Assembly: GCA_017624495.1 (NCBI GenBank)
Contig: JAGAMY010000005.1
Span: 6,433-70,432 of the forward strand
Reading direction: 5' to 3'
DNA length: 64,000 nucleotides
Source: Lachnospiraceae bacterium
Lineage (GTDB): Bacteria; Bacillota; Clostridia; Lachnospirales; Lachnospiraceae
The notes beneath the pieces were generated by a model. That model made no database searches. It was not told the origin of the DNA and saw nothing but the letters and a program-made list of their open reading frames with translations. A program made the position numbers and the translations under genes. Position 1 is the stretch's first letter. The number at the start of each line of letters is the position of its first letter. This document shows, in pieces, positions 19,374-29,154 of the stretch.

Positions 19374-20897
19374 TTGTATAGTAAAGTAACAACAGCAGTT
19401 ATCTGTGGTTTAGAAAGCCTGTCGGTTTCTGTGGAGGCAGATGTCAGTAACGGACTGCCGATGTTTGAAATGGTGGGTTTCCTATCCGCAGAAGTAAAAG
19501 AAGCAAAGGAACGGGTGCGTACTGCGTTACGAAACTGTGGTTATCAATTGCCGGCAAAACGAATTACCATAAATCTGTCACCGGCAGATGTACGAAAGTC
19601 CGGTTCCGGTTTTGATTTGCCCATAGCAGTTGCCATATTAGCAGCACTTGAAGTAGTAGATATAAAAATGCTTCATAACACGTTAGTTTTAGGAGAAATT
19701 AGTTTAGATGGCAGCATACTGCCGATGAAAGGCGTACTGCCAATGACAGCTAAAGCATTAGAAGAGGGGATGACAAAGTGCATTATTCCCAAACAAAACG
19801 AAAATGAGGCGGCATTGATACCGGGAATTACCATATGGGCAGTGGAAAATATTAAAGAGCTTATAAGTTATCTGAATGGAAAAAATTACGAAAGAAAAGC
19901 AGATATTAATATAGAAGAAACACAGATAAAAAATATAACGCCGGATTTTGCAGAAATCAATGGACATCGCACCGTACGACGGGCATGCGAGGTGGCGGTG
20001 GCGGGTATGCACAATTTTTTGATGATTGGTCCGCCGGGGAGCGGCAAGACCATGATTGCCAAAAGAATTCCCGGAATTTTGCCGCCTATGACAGAAAAAG
20101 AACAATTAGAGGTGTCTAAGATATACAGTATATGCGGAATGTTACCTAAAAATGGCGGTTTAGTACAGGAGCGGCCTTTCCGCAGTCCGCATCATACCAT
20201 CAGTCCGAATGGTTTATCCGGTGGCGGAAGTATTCCAAAACCGGGAGAAATCAGTCTGGCACATCTTGGGGTATTGTTTTTGGATGAATTACCGGAGTTT
20301 AAAAAGACTACGTTGGAAATTCTGCGTCAGCCCATGGAGGATAAGCAGATTTGCCTTGTACGTCAGTCCGGAACATATTGTTATCCTTCAGATTTTATGT
20401 TAGTGGCAGCGATGAATCCATGTAAATGTGGCTATTTTCCGGACAGAAGTCGTTGTAACTGCAGAGATACACAGATAGAAGCTTATTTAGGAAAAATCAG
20501 CAGACCACTTATGGATAGAATAGATATTTGCGTGGAAACACCGGTAATTTGCTATGAAGAATTGACAGGAAAGGAAAAAAATGAAAGCTCCGCAGAAATC
20601 AGAGAGCGTATCATGAAGGCGTTTGAGCGTCAAAAGCAGCGGTTTTGTGGTACAAATATCCGTTATAACAGTCAGATTCCTTCCGGCAGTATAGAAAAAT
20701 ATTGTAAATTGGATACAAAACAGAAAAAATTCATGAAAAAAATTTTTCAGTCCATGGAGTTGTCCGCCAGAGGGTATTACAAAATATTAAAAACCGCACG
20801 CACAATTGCTGATTTGGAAAATAGTGAGGAAATTCAGCAGAAACACTTAAATGAAGCAGTTTGTTACCGGATGATAGATAAAAAATACTGGGAGTAA
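19374..20897 (+). CDS. comM: YifB/ComM-family Mg-chelatase-like AAA+ ATPase
   Basis: ITINLSPAD.RK.GS.FDLPIA, GPPGSGKT, PFRSPHHT, GEISLAHLGVLFLDE, AAMNPCKCG. Confidence 0.9.
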   Translation: MYSKVTTAVICGLESLSVSVEADVSNGLPMFEMVGFLSAEVKEAKERVRTALRNCGYQLPAKRITINLSPADVRKSGSGFDLPIAVAILAALEVVDIKMLHNTLVLGEISLDGSILPMKGVLPMTAKALEEGMTKCIIPKQNENEAALIPGITIWAVENIKELISYLNGKNYERKADINIEETQIKNITPDFAEINGHRTVRRACEVAVAGMHNFLMIGPPGSGKTMIAKRIPGILPPMTEKEQLEVSKIYSICGMLPKNGGLVQERPFRSPHHTISPNGLSGGGSIPKPGEISLAHLGVLFLDELPEFKKTTLEILRQPMEDKQICLVRQSGTYCYPSDFMLVAAMNPCKCGYFPDRSRCNCRDTQIEAYLGKISRPLMDRIDICVETPVICYEELTGKEKNESSAEIRERIMKAFERQKQRFCGTNIRYNSQIPSGSIEKYCKLDTKQKKFMKKIFQSMELSARGYYKILKTARTIADLENSEEIQQKHLNEAVCYRMIDKKYWE

Positions 20898-20902
20898 ATG
20901 GA

Positions 20903-21988
20903 ATGTATAAATGGCAGTATCAGTACTGGTTACAATCAGTAACCGGAATAAAGAATAAAACAAAACAAAAATTAGTAGAATATTGTGGAGGTGCAGAGGA
21001 GGTTTTTTTCATAAAAGAAAAACAGTTAGCTTCCATATATGGGATTTTGCCGGAAGAAGTACAGGCTATAGCAGAAAGTCGGAAAATATGGGATTTTCAG
21101 AAACAGACAGAAATCTTTTTAGAAAGTGGTATATCCATGGTTACTATAGAAGAGGAAGCGTTCCCGGAAAGGCTTAGGTATCTTACCGATTGTCCATATG
21201 CATTGTTTTATAAAGGAAACTATCCAAAGAACACAGAAAGAACAGTCGCCATTGTAGGGGCGAGAGCCTGTTCTTCTTATGGTCGAGCAATGGCACTAGA
21301 GATAGGAGAAGCACTTTCAGCCTGTGGTGTGAGTGTTATTAGCGGTATGGCATCCGGTATAGATTCTTTTGGACATTGGGGTGCCATAAAGGGAGACGGA
21401 AAAACCTATGCAGTGTTAGGTTGTGGAGCAGATGTCTGCTATCCAAGAGGTGGCAGGCAGTTGTATGAGCGTATTTTAGAAAAAGGTGGAATTATTTCTG
21501 AATATTTACCGGGAACAGCACCGGTAAAGTGGCAGTTTCCGGCAAGGAATCGTTTGATTAGTGCTTTTTCCGATGTAGTCATTGTAATAGAAGCGAAAGA
21601 AAAAAGCGGTTCACTGATAACCGCAGATTTTGCATTAGAGCAGGGGAAAGATATTTATGCAGTGCCGGGGCGGGTGGATGATGTGCCGAGTTACGGCTGT
21701 AATGCGTTGATTCATCAGGGGGCAGGCATAATTTTATCTGTAAAAGAACTGATTTCCGATTTGAATTTGGATATGGATAAAACATCCGTTGAAAAAGAAA
21801 AAAGAAAAAAATTACTTGAAAAAGAAGAATTGATGGTGTATAGTTGTTTCGGTTTACATACCAAAAATTTGGAAGATTTGGTGCAGATGACAGGACTTTC
21901 TGCATCTGAACTGTCAGATGTTATTGTACGTCTGCAAATGAAGGGATTCTTAGAAGAACCCTTCAAAAATCATTATAGGAAAAAATGA
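20903..21988 (+). CDS. dprA: DNA-processing protein DprA
   Basis: VAIVGAR..S.YG, ISGMASGID, FPARNRLIS, SGSLITA..ALEQG, C-terminal winged helix. Confidence 0.95.
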   Translation: MYKWQYQYWLQSVTGIKNKTKQKLVEYCGGAEEVFFIKEKQLASIYGILPEEVQAIAESRKIWDFQKQTEIFLESGISMVTIEEEAFPERLRYLTDCPYALFYKGNYPKNTERTVAIVGARACSSYGRAMALEIGEALSACGVSVISGMASGIDSFGHWGAIKGDGKTYAVLGCGADVCYPRGGRQLYERILEKGGIISEYLPGTAPVKWQFPARNRLISAFSDVVIVIEAKEKSGSLITADFALEQGKDIYAVPGRVDDVPSYGCNALIHQGAGIILSVKELISDLNLDMDKTSVEKEKRKKLLEKEELMVYSCFGLHTKNLEDLVQMTGLSASELSDVIVRLQMKGFLEEPFKNHYRKK

Positions 21989-22013
21989 AACAAGCATAAA
22001 GGAGTTTTGGGAA

Positions 22014-24071
22014 ATGGCAAAATATCTGGTAATTGTGGAATCACCGGCAAAAGTGAAGACAATCAAAAAGTTTTTGGGGAAAAATTATGAAGTTACAGCT
22101 TCAAACGGACATGTGCGTGACATGCCAAAAAGTCAGTTAGGATTTGATGCCGAAAATAATTTTGAACCAAAATATATTACCATTCGTGGAAAAGGTGATA
22201 TTTTAGCAAAACTTCGAAAGGAAGTTAAAAAAGCAGAAAAAATTTATCTTGCAACTGACCCGGACCGTGAAGGAGAAGCTATTTCCTGGCATTTATCCAA
22301 AGCGTTAAAATTAGAGGATAAGAAAGTATACAGAATCAGTTTTAATGAGATTACTCAGAATGCAGTAAAGGCATCCCTGAAACAGCCAAGAGAAGTGGAT
22401 ATGGATTTGGTTGATGCGCAGCAGGCAAGACGTATGTTAGACCGTATGGTGGGATATAAAATCAGCCCGCTGCTCTGGGCAAAAGTAAAGCGTGGCTTGA
22501 GTGCTGGTCGTGTGCAGTCCGTAACACTTCGTCTGATTTGTGACAGGGAAGAAGAAATCAATGCTTTTATCCCGGAAGAATACTGGACATTAGATGCGAA
22601 ATTAAATATTCCGAGAGAAAAGCGTCCTTTATTGGCAAAATTCCATGGAAATACCAATGGTAAAATGAGTATATCTTCAAAACAGGAAGTTGATAAAATA
22701 AAAGACGAACTAAAAGCAGCAGAGTATAAAGTGGCAGAAGTTAAAAAAGGGGAACGTGTAAAAAAGGCACCGCTTCCATTTACCACAAGTACATTACAGC
22801 AGGAAGCATCAAAAGTACTAAATTTCTCTATTCAGAAAACCATGCGTCTTGCCCAGCAGTTATATGAAGGTGTGGATGTAAAAGGACAGGGAACTGTCGG
22901 TCTGATTACTTATTTAAGAACAGACTCTGTTCGTATTTCGGAAGAGGCAGATGCAGCAGCAAGAGAATATATTACAGGTGCTTATGGTGAAAACTATGTA
23001 GCTGAAAGCACAGGGGAAAAGAAAAATTCAGGCAAGATACAGGATGCGCATGAAGCTATTCGTCCATCTGATATTACCAGAACACCGGCATTAGTAAAAG
23101 ATTCTCTAAGCAGAGACCAGTTTCGTTTATACCAGTTGATATGGAAGCGTTTTGCAGCCAGCAGAATGAGTAATGCTGTGTATGAAACAACCTCTGTAAA
23201 AATTGCAGCCGGGGATTATCGCTTTCATGTATCTGCATCAAGAATATCCTTTGATGGTTTTATGTCTGTGTACACCAATGATGAGGATGAAAAAGCAGAA
23301 AACAATGTTTTATTGAAATCTATTGATGAGAACACAGTTCTTACGCTTTTAGAATATGATGAAAAACAGCATTTTACCCAGCCACCTGCGCATTATACAG
23401 AGGCATCATTGGTAAAAACGTTAGAGGAATTGGGAATTGGAAGACCAAGTACTTATTCACCGACAATTACAACACTTTTGGGTCGACGTTATGTAGTAAA
23501 AGAAAGTAAAAATCTATATGTTACCGAATTAGGAGAAGTTGTCAATTCTATTATGAAAGAATCTTTTCCATCCATTGTAGATGAGCACTTTACAGCAAAT
23601 ATGGAATCTTTGTTAGATAAGGTAGAAGAAGGTGCTATAAACTGGAAGACGGTTGTCAGCAATTTTTACCCTGATTTGCAGGAGGCGGTAGAAATTGCAG
23701 AAAAGGAACTGGAAAAAGTACAGATTGAGGATGAAGTCACAGATGTGATTTGTGAGGAATGTGGAAGAAATATGGTGGTTAAGTATGGTCCGCATGGAAA
23801 ATTCCTTGCCTGTCCGGGATTTCCGGATTGCCGCAATACAAAGCCTTATCTGGAAAAAACAGGTATAAAATGTCCGAATTGTCAGAAAGAAGTTGTTATT
23901 AAGAAGACGAAAAAGGGCAGAAAATATTATGGATGTGAGAATAATCCTGAATGTGAATTTATGTCCTGGCAGAAACCATCAGAGAAAAAATGTCCAAAAT
24001 GTGGCGGTTATATGGTTGAAAAGGGTAATAAACTGGCATGTGCGGATGAAAAGTGTGGGTATAGGGAGTAG
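22014..24071 (+). CDS. topA: DNA topoisomerase I
   Basis: LVIVESPAK, ATDPDREGEAI, SAGRVQS, LITYLRTDS, GIGRPSTY; three C-terminal Cys4 zinc ribbons. Confidence 0.97.
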   Translation: MAKYLVIVESPAKVKTIKKFLGKNYEVTASNGHVRDMPKSQLGFDAENNFEPKYITIRGKGDILAKLRKEVKKAEKIYLATDPDREGEAISWHLSKALKLEDKKVYRISFNEITQNAVKASLKQPREVDMDLVDAQQARRMLDRMVGYKISPLLWAKVKRGLSAGRVQSVTLRLICDREEEINAFIPEEYWTLDAKLNIPREKRPLLAKFHGNTNGKMSISSKQEVDKIKDELKAAEYKVAEVKKGERVKKAPLPFTTSTLQQEASKVLNFSIQKTMRLAQQLYEGVDVKGQGTVGLITYLRTDSVRISEEADAAAREYITGAYGENYVAESTGEKKNSGKIQDAHEAIRPSDITRTPALVKDSLSRDQFRLYQLIWKRFAASRMSNAVYETTSVKIAAGDYRFHVSASRISFDGFMSVYTNDEDEKAENNVLLKSIDENTVLTLLEYDEKQHFTQPPAHYTEASLVKTLEELGIGRPSTYSPTITTLLGRRYVVKESKNLYVTELGEVVNSIMKESFPSIVDEHFTANMESLLDKVEEGAINWKTVVSNFYPDLQEAVEIAEKELEKVQIEDEVTDVICEECGRNMVVKYGPHGKFLACPGFPDCRNTKPYLEKTGIKCPNCQKEVVIKKTKKGRKYYGCENNPECEFMSWQKPSEKKCPKCGGYMVEKGNKLACADEKCGYRE

Positions 24072-24088
24072 GAGTTTTGGGGACGAAC

Positions 24089-24238
24089 GTTCACTTCGCG
24101 CCATTCGCAAAGCCCTGCTTCGCAGGGACGCCGCTGGGCGGCTCATTTTTTGCTCATAAGCGGGCGCTCCCTTCACCGTATACAGAAAGCACATTTTTGT
24201 GCGAGCACAAATGTGTTTTTTGTATACGGTGAGTGAAC
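24089..24238. repeat. GC-rich multi-hairpin intergenic element (REP/MITE-like or structured RNA)
   Basis: 7-bp outer inverted repeat GTTCACT/AGTGAAC; hairpins CCCTGC-TTC-GCAGGG and GCCGC-TGG-GCGGC; long imperfect stem 24173-24232. Confidence 0.55.
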
Positions 24239-24256
24239 TGAAATGTTGGAATATTC

Positions 24257-24315
24257 TTGCAATTCAGAAAAAAATGTGTTAGAATACGTCTTAGTTAAAG
24301 AAAGTTCGGAAAATT
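24257..24315 (+). promoter_or_regulatory. codY sigma-A promoter plus candidate CodY box
   Basis: TTGCAA-17bp-TAGAAT with extended TG; AAAGTTCGGAAAATT (24301-24315) has 3 mismatches to AATTTTCWGAAAATT. Confidence 0.55.
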
Positions 24316-24333
24316 CATAAGGGGGTATTTTTT

Positions 24334-25113
24334 ATGAGTGTACAACTGTTGGATAAGACCAGAAAGATTAATAAGCTCTTGCACAATAATAATTCTTCAA
24401 AAGTGGTTTTCAATGATATTTGTGACGTTTTGACTGAAATATTAAAGTCAAATATTTTGGTCATCAGTAAAAAGGGGAAGGTTTTAGGCAGCAGCGTTAG
24501 TCATGGAATTGATGAGATTCGTGAGATGATTGTAGATGAAGTGGGCGGATTTATTGATCCGGTTCTGAATGAAAGGCTGTTAGGGATTCTTTCCACAAAA
24601 GAAAATGTAAACTTAGAGACACTTGGCTTTGTGGCAGATGTGAAGAAATATTGTGCAATTATTACTCCTATAGATATTGCGGGTGAACGTTTGGGAACAT
24701 TATTTGTATACCGTTGTGATTCGCAGTATGATATAGATGATATTATTTTGAGTGAATACGGCACAACGGTTGTAGGACTTGAAATGATGCGCTCCGTAAA
24801 TGAGGAAAGTGCGGAAGAGAATCGTAAGATTCAAATTGTAAAATCCGCAATTAATACACTGTCATTTTCGGAATTAGAAGCCATTACACATATTTTTGAT
24901 GAATTAGATGGAAATGAAGGTATTCTTGTGGCGAGTAAAATTGCTGACCGTGTAGGAATTACACGTTCGGTAATTGTAAATGCGTTGCGTAAGTTTGAAA
25001 GTGCAGGCGTAATCGAGTCACGTTCCTCTGGGATGAAAGGTACCTATATAAAAGTTTTGAATGATGTTGTTTTTGATGAACTTGAAAAAATAAAACGACA
25101 AAATGAATACTAA
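24334..25113 (+). CDS. codY: GTP/BCAA-sensing pleiotropic repressor CodY
   Basis: LLDKTRKIN, EYGTTVVGLE, LSFSELEA, ASKIADRVGITRSVIVNALRKFESAGVIESRS.GMKGTYIK. Confidence 0.97.
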   Translation: MSVQLLDKTRKINKLLHNNNSSKVVFNDICDVLTEILKSNILVISKKGKVLGSSVSHGIDEIREMIVDEVGGFIDPVLNERLLGILSTKENVNLETLGFVADVKKYCAIITPIDIAGERLGTLFVYRCDSQYDIDDIILSEYGTTVVGLEMMRSVNEESAEENRKIQIVKSAINTLSFSELEAITHIFDELDGNEGILVASKIADRVGITRSVIVNALRKFESAGVIESRSSGMKGTYIKVLNDVVFDELEKIKRQNEY

Positions 25114-25128
25114 TGGATTTTGAATGGT

Positions 25129-25168
25129 AAAAGGACTTACAAATTTTGGGTGTGTAAGTCCTTTTTTT
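25129..25168 (+). terminator. Intrinsic terminator after codY
   Basis: AAAAGGACTTACA...TGTAAGTCCTTTTTTT. Confidence 0.8.
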
Positions 25169-25233
25169 CTGTATATTTAGTACTAAAAATGACAAAAAAG
25201 TACAAGATAATGTAAAAAATGAGAAAAAAAACC

Positions 25234-25261
25234 TTGAGTTTTTTTCGATATGATTTATAAT
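25234..25261 (+). promoter_or_regulatory. Putative sigma-A promoter of the fla operon
   Basis: TTGAGT-16bp-TATAAT upstream of flgB. Confidence 0.5.
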
Positions 25262-25307
25262 AAAATAAGAGTAAATTGTGAAGAGTGTGTCAGAAAGGGG
25301 AAAGGGC

Positions 25308-25697
25308 ATGTTTTCAACAAATGTATATAATTATATTAATGTCCTGAATAAGGCAGCAGATGCCAGTTGGTTGAGAGAAGAAACTATAGCCAATAATATT
25401 GCGAATGCCGATACGCCTGGTTATAAAAGGAAAGATGTTAACTTTGAAAGTGCGTTAAGGACAGAGCTTGGGAATATGAAATACAATACATTAGACAGTA
25501 AAGTGGATAATGTGAGTTTGAGTCGTCTGAATGTATCTACTTATGTGGATGCTTCGAATTACTCTTATCGTATTGATAAGAATAATGTAGATATTGATAC
25601 GGAAAATGTAGAACTTGCATCAGAGCAGATTCGTTATAGTGCGTTGACAGACAGTATAACACAGGAATTTTCCAGATTGAAATCTGTGATTAAATAG
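25308..25697 (+). CDS. flgB: Flagellar basal-body rod protein FlgB
   Basis: IANNIANADTPGYKRKDV.F, D.NNVDID.E. Confidence 0.95.
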   Translation: MFSTNVYNYINVLNKAADASWLREETIANNIANADTPGYKRKDVNFESALRTELGNMKYNTLDSKVDNVSLSRLNVSTYVDASNYSYRIDKNNVDIDTENVELASEQIRYSALTDSITQEFSRLKSVIK

Positions 25698-25719
25698 TAG
25701 GTATTGAGGAGGAGAAAGT

Positions 25720-26166
25720 ATGGCTTTGTTTCAGGCGTTTAATATCAGCGCATCAGGAATGACGGCAGAGCGTTTTCGTACAGATATTATTGCGGAGAAC
25801 GTAGCGAATGTAAATACAACAAGAACGGAAGATGGTTCACCTTACCGCAGAAAGATTGTTACATTTGCGGAAAAGGATGATACAGCTTCTTTTAAAGATA
25901 CGTTGGCAAGGACATCTAAGTATTATGGTGGGAATGGTGTCAAGGTGACAAAAGTATTAGAAGATGAAGAAACGGATTATAACATGGAATATGATCCGTC
26001 GCATCCCGATGCGGATGAGAATGGATATGTTTCTTATCCAAATGTAAATATTGTGACAGAAATGACGAATTTGATAGATGCCAGCAGGGGATATGAAGCG
26101 AATGTTACGGCTTTTAATTCTATGAAAGCGATTGCGCAGGCTGGTTTGCAAGTGGGTAAACAATAA
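25720..26166 (+). CDS. flgC: Flagellar basal-body rod protein FlgC
   Basis: ISASGMTAER, YDPSHPDADENGYV.YPNVN, ASRGYEAN. Confidence 0.96.
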   Translation: MALFQAFNISASGMTAERFRTDIIAENVANVNTTRTEDGSPYRRKIVTFAEKDDTASFKDTLARTSKYYGGNGVKVTKVLEDEETDYNMEYDPSHPDADENGYVSYPNVNIVTEMTNLIDASRGYEANVTAFNSMKAIAQAGLQVGKQ

Positions 26167-26194
26167 AATAAATAGGGAAATGGGAGGATGATCA

Positions 26195-26518
26195 ATGATG
26201 GATATATCTTCATTGACAAATATAAGCTCTGATTATATTACACAGGTGTATGAACAGAACAGGGCAAATACGCAGGTTACAGAGGGAAATGAAGATTTTG
26301 GTTCTGTACTAAATGCGGCAATGAATGTGATTAATGAAACGAATGACTATCAGAATGCGGCTGAATCAGCAGAAATTCAGTTTGCTCTTGGTGAGTCTAC
26401 CAGTACACATGAGCTGGCAGTGGCGCAGCAGAAAGCGAATATTGCATTACAGTATACGGTTGCAGTAAGAGATAAGCTGTTAGAAGCGTACAAAGAAATC
26501 ATGAATATGTCTATTTAG
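26195..26518 (+). CDS. fliE: Flagellar hook-basal body protein FliE
   Basis: HELAVA.QKA.IALQ....VRDKLLEAYKEIMNM. Confidence 0.93.
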   Translation: MMDISSLTNISSDYITQVYEQNRANTQVTEGNEDFGSVLNAAMNVINETNDYQNAAESAEIQFALGESTSTHELAVAQQKANIALQYTVAVRDKLLEAYKEIMNMSI

Positions 26519-26534
26519 TGGGTAGGTAAATGAA

Positions 26535-28142
26535 ATGCCAGAGAATGTGCAAAAAATAGTTGATAAAGTAAAAGAGTGGTGGTTGAAGTTCTCCACGAAA
26601 CAGAAAACACTGGTGATTAGTATTACGGCAGTGGTTGTTCTGGCGCTGGTGATTTTGACTGCGGTTATGACACAGCCGAAATTGGTGACGATTATTTCTT
26701 GTGAAAATACTACACAGTCGGGTGAGGTTAAAAAACTTTTAGAAGATGAAGGGATTTATTACGAAGTGTCTGATGATGGGCTGACATTTCAAGTAAATCA
26801 GGAGGATGAAGCAAATGCATCTATTTTGTTGGGTTCTAATGAGATTCCGACAGAAGGGTATGGGATTGAAGATGTATTTGATGGAAGTTTTAGTACAACA
26901 GAATCAGATAAGAGCAAAAAATATCAGTTGTATTTAGAAGGGAAATTTGAGGATCAGCTTGCTACTATCTCAAATATTGAAAATGCATCTGTATCTTTAT
27001 CTATTCCGGAGGATGATGGCACGATTATAAGTATGAATGAAGAGACTTATGCAAGTGTTATTTTAACGCTCAATGGAGAGATGACAGAAGAACAGGCAGC
27101 AGGAATTGCTAAGTTTGTGGCGACTGAAGTTGGAAATGATTCTACAGATAATATTCTGATTTTGGATTCGAATGGAAATGTGCTTTTTTCAGGTGGAGAT
27201 ACTTCCAGTGCAATTGGAATGGCGAGTTCGCAGCTTTCTGTTAAAGAGAAAACAGAAAATATGGTAAAAAGCGAAGTGAAGGATGTTGTTCTTGGCACAG
27301 ATGTATATGATAACGTGGAAGTTGGTCTGAATCTGGCTATGGATTTTGATACAGAGGAATATACAAATCATCATTATTATGTTGATGAAGGTCAGGAACA
27401 GGGGTATCTGGATAGCAGAAGTACATATGAAGCAGAATCAACCGGTGGTGAAGCAGGTGTTCCGGGAACGGATTCTAATGATGATGATACTACTTATATG
27501 CTTCCGGATTCAGAAGTGACATCTTCTTCTGTTTCGGAAGTGAAAGAGGATTTTCTTCCAAGTGAGGAGATTACAAGAAAGAATAGCGAGGGCGGAAAAG
27601 TAGATTTAACAAATTCTTCTATTTCTGTAGTGGCGACTTCGTATGTGGTTTATGATGAGAAGGCGTTAAAAGCTGATGGTACATTGGATAATATGACTTT
27701 TGATGAGTTTGTTGCACAAAATAGTGAACGTGTAAAAACTACAGTGGATGAAGAGTTTTATGCAATGGTAGCAAATGCTACGGGTATATCGGCTGAAAAT
27801 ATTACAATTGTTGCTTATGATGTTCCGTTTTTTAAATATGCATCAGCAAGTGGAAGAGATTGGACAGATTATTTGCAGTTAGCATTAGCATTGCTGATTT
27901 TTGCGTTACTTGGTCTTGTGGTATTTATGAGTACCAGAAAACCGGAAGAACAAACAATGGAACCGGAACTTTCTGTGGAAGGATTGCTTGAGTCTACCAG
28001 AGATTTGGCGCAGGAGAACTTAGAAGATATTGGATTTGTTGAAAAATCTGAGACTCGTGTTCTGATAGAGCGTTTTATAGAAGAAAATCCGGAAGCAGCA
28101 GCTGCATTACTGCGTAACTGGCTGAATGAGGAGTGGGATTAA
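26535..28142 (+). CDS. fliF: Flagellar M-ring protein FliF
   Basis: Two TM segments, ASVIL, GVPGTDSN, C-terminal NPEAAAALLRNWLNE; position in operon. Confidence 0.93.
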   Translation: MPENVQKIVDKVKEWWLKFSTKQKTLVISITAVVVLALVILTAVMTQPKLVTIISCENTTQSGEVKKLLEDEGIYYEVSDDGLTFQVNQEDEANASILLGSNEIPTEGYGIEDVFDGSFSTTESDKSKKYQLYLEGKFEDQLATISNIENASVSLSIPEDDGTIISMNEETYASVILTLNGEMTEEQAAGIAKFVATEVGNDSTDNILILDSNGNVLFSGGDTSSAIGMASSQLSVKEKTENMVKSEVKDVVLGTDVYDNVEVGLNLAMDFDTEEYTNHHYYVDEGQEQGYLDSRSTYEAESTGGEAGVPGTDSNDDDTTYMLPDSEVTSSSVSEVKEDFLPSEEITRKNSEGGKVDLTNSSISVVATSYVVYDEKALKADGTLDNMTFDEFVAQNSERVKTTVDEEFYAMVANATGISAENITIVAYDVPFFKYASASGRDWTDYLQLALALLIFALLGLVVFMSTRKPEEQTMEPELSVEGLLESTRDLAQENLEDIGFVEKSETRVLIERFIEENPEAAAALLRNWLNEEWD

Positions 28143-28143
28143 A

Positions 28144-29154
28144 ATGGCTAATAATGAGGATATGACTGGCGTCCAGAAGGCGGCCGTATTATTGATTGCG
28201 TTAGGTCCGGAAAAATCAGCGGACATATTTAAACATTTAAAAGAGGATGAAATTGAAGAGCTGACATTGGAAATTGCCAATACCAGAAGCGTTTCTCCAC
28301 AAATGAAAGAACGTGTGTTGGAAGAGTTTTACCAGGTTTGTCTGGCACAGCAGTATCTTGCAGAAGGTGGCATTGGCTATGCAAAAGAGCTTTTGGACAA
28401 GGCTTTGGGTGGCGAAAAAGCGCAGGAAGTTATTTCAAAACTTACTGCATCATTGCAGGTACGTCCTTTCGAGTTTGTGCGTAAGACAGATCCAAGTCAG
28501 GTATTGAACTTTATTCAGGATGAACATCCGCAGACAATTGCAATGATTCTTTCATATTTAACATCTGCACAGGCGGCAATGATTATGAGTGCTTTATCAC
28601 CTGAAGTACAGGCAGATGTTGCAAAAAGAATTGCTACTATGGATAGAACATCACCGGATGTTATTAAAGAGGTGGAGCGAGTGCTTGAAAGAAAGTTATC
28701 ATCACTTATCAATCAGGATTACACAATTGTCGGTGGTGTAGATGCGATTGTTGGTATTTTGAATACTGTAGATCGTTCTACAGAAAAACATATTATGGAA
28801 TCTTTGGAAATCGAAGAACCGGAATTGGCAGACGAAATCCGCAAGAAGATGTTTGTATTCGAGGATATCATGCTGCTTGATGACCGTGCAATCCAGCGTG
28901 TATTGCGTGATGTAGATAATAATGATCTTGCTATTGCACTAAAAGGTGCAAACGAAGAAGTTCAGAATACAATTTTCAAGAACCTCTCCAAGCGTTTGGC
29001 TGCAATGATCAAGGAAGATATGGAATTTATGGGTCCTGTTCGTATGAAGGATGTAGAAGAGGCACAGCAGAAGATTGTTGGTGTTATTCGTAAGTTAGAG
29101 GATTCTGCAGAGATTGTAATCTCCAGAGGCGGAGGTGACGAAATCGTTGTCTAA
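28144..29154 (+). CDS. fliG: Flagellar motor switch protein FliG
   Basis: QKAAVLLIALG, EHPQTIAMILS, MFVFED, GPVRMKDVEEAQ. Confidence 0.97.
   Translation: MANNEDMTGVQKAAVLLIALGPEKSADIFKHLKEDEIEELTLEIANTRSVSPQMKERVLEEFYQVCLAQQYLAEGGIGYAKELLDKALGGEKAQEVISKLTASLQVRPFEFVRKTDPSQVLNFIQDEHPQTIAMILSYLTSAQAAMIMSALSPEVQADVAKRIATMDRTSPDVIKEVERVLERKLSSLINQDYTIVGGVDAIVGILNTVDRSTEKHIMESLEIEEPELADEIRKKMFVFEDIMLLDDRAIQRVLRDVDNNDLAIALKGANEEVQNTIFKNLSKRLAAMIKEDMEFMGPVRMKDVEEAQQKIVGVIRKLEDSAEIVISRGGGDEIVV

Noticed and set aside
23893-24159. 88-aa ORF overlapping the topA end, suggesting a frameshifted topA C-terminus
   Set aside because: TopA already ends after its last complete zinc ribbon. The alternative frame just runs through the GC-rich hairpin element.
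25114-25307. Possible c-di-GMP riboswitch or invertible flagellar switch upstream of flgB, as in C. difficile
   Set aside because: The region holds only the codY terminator and an AT-rich promoter with a short leader. No GEMM-like motif, long inverted repeats or recombinase gene was seen.
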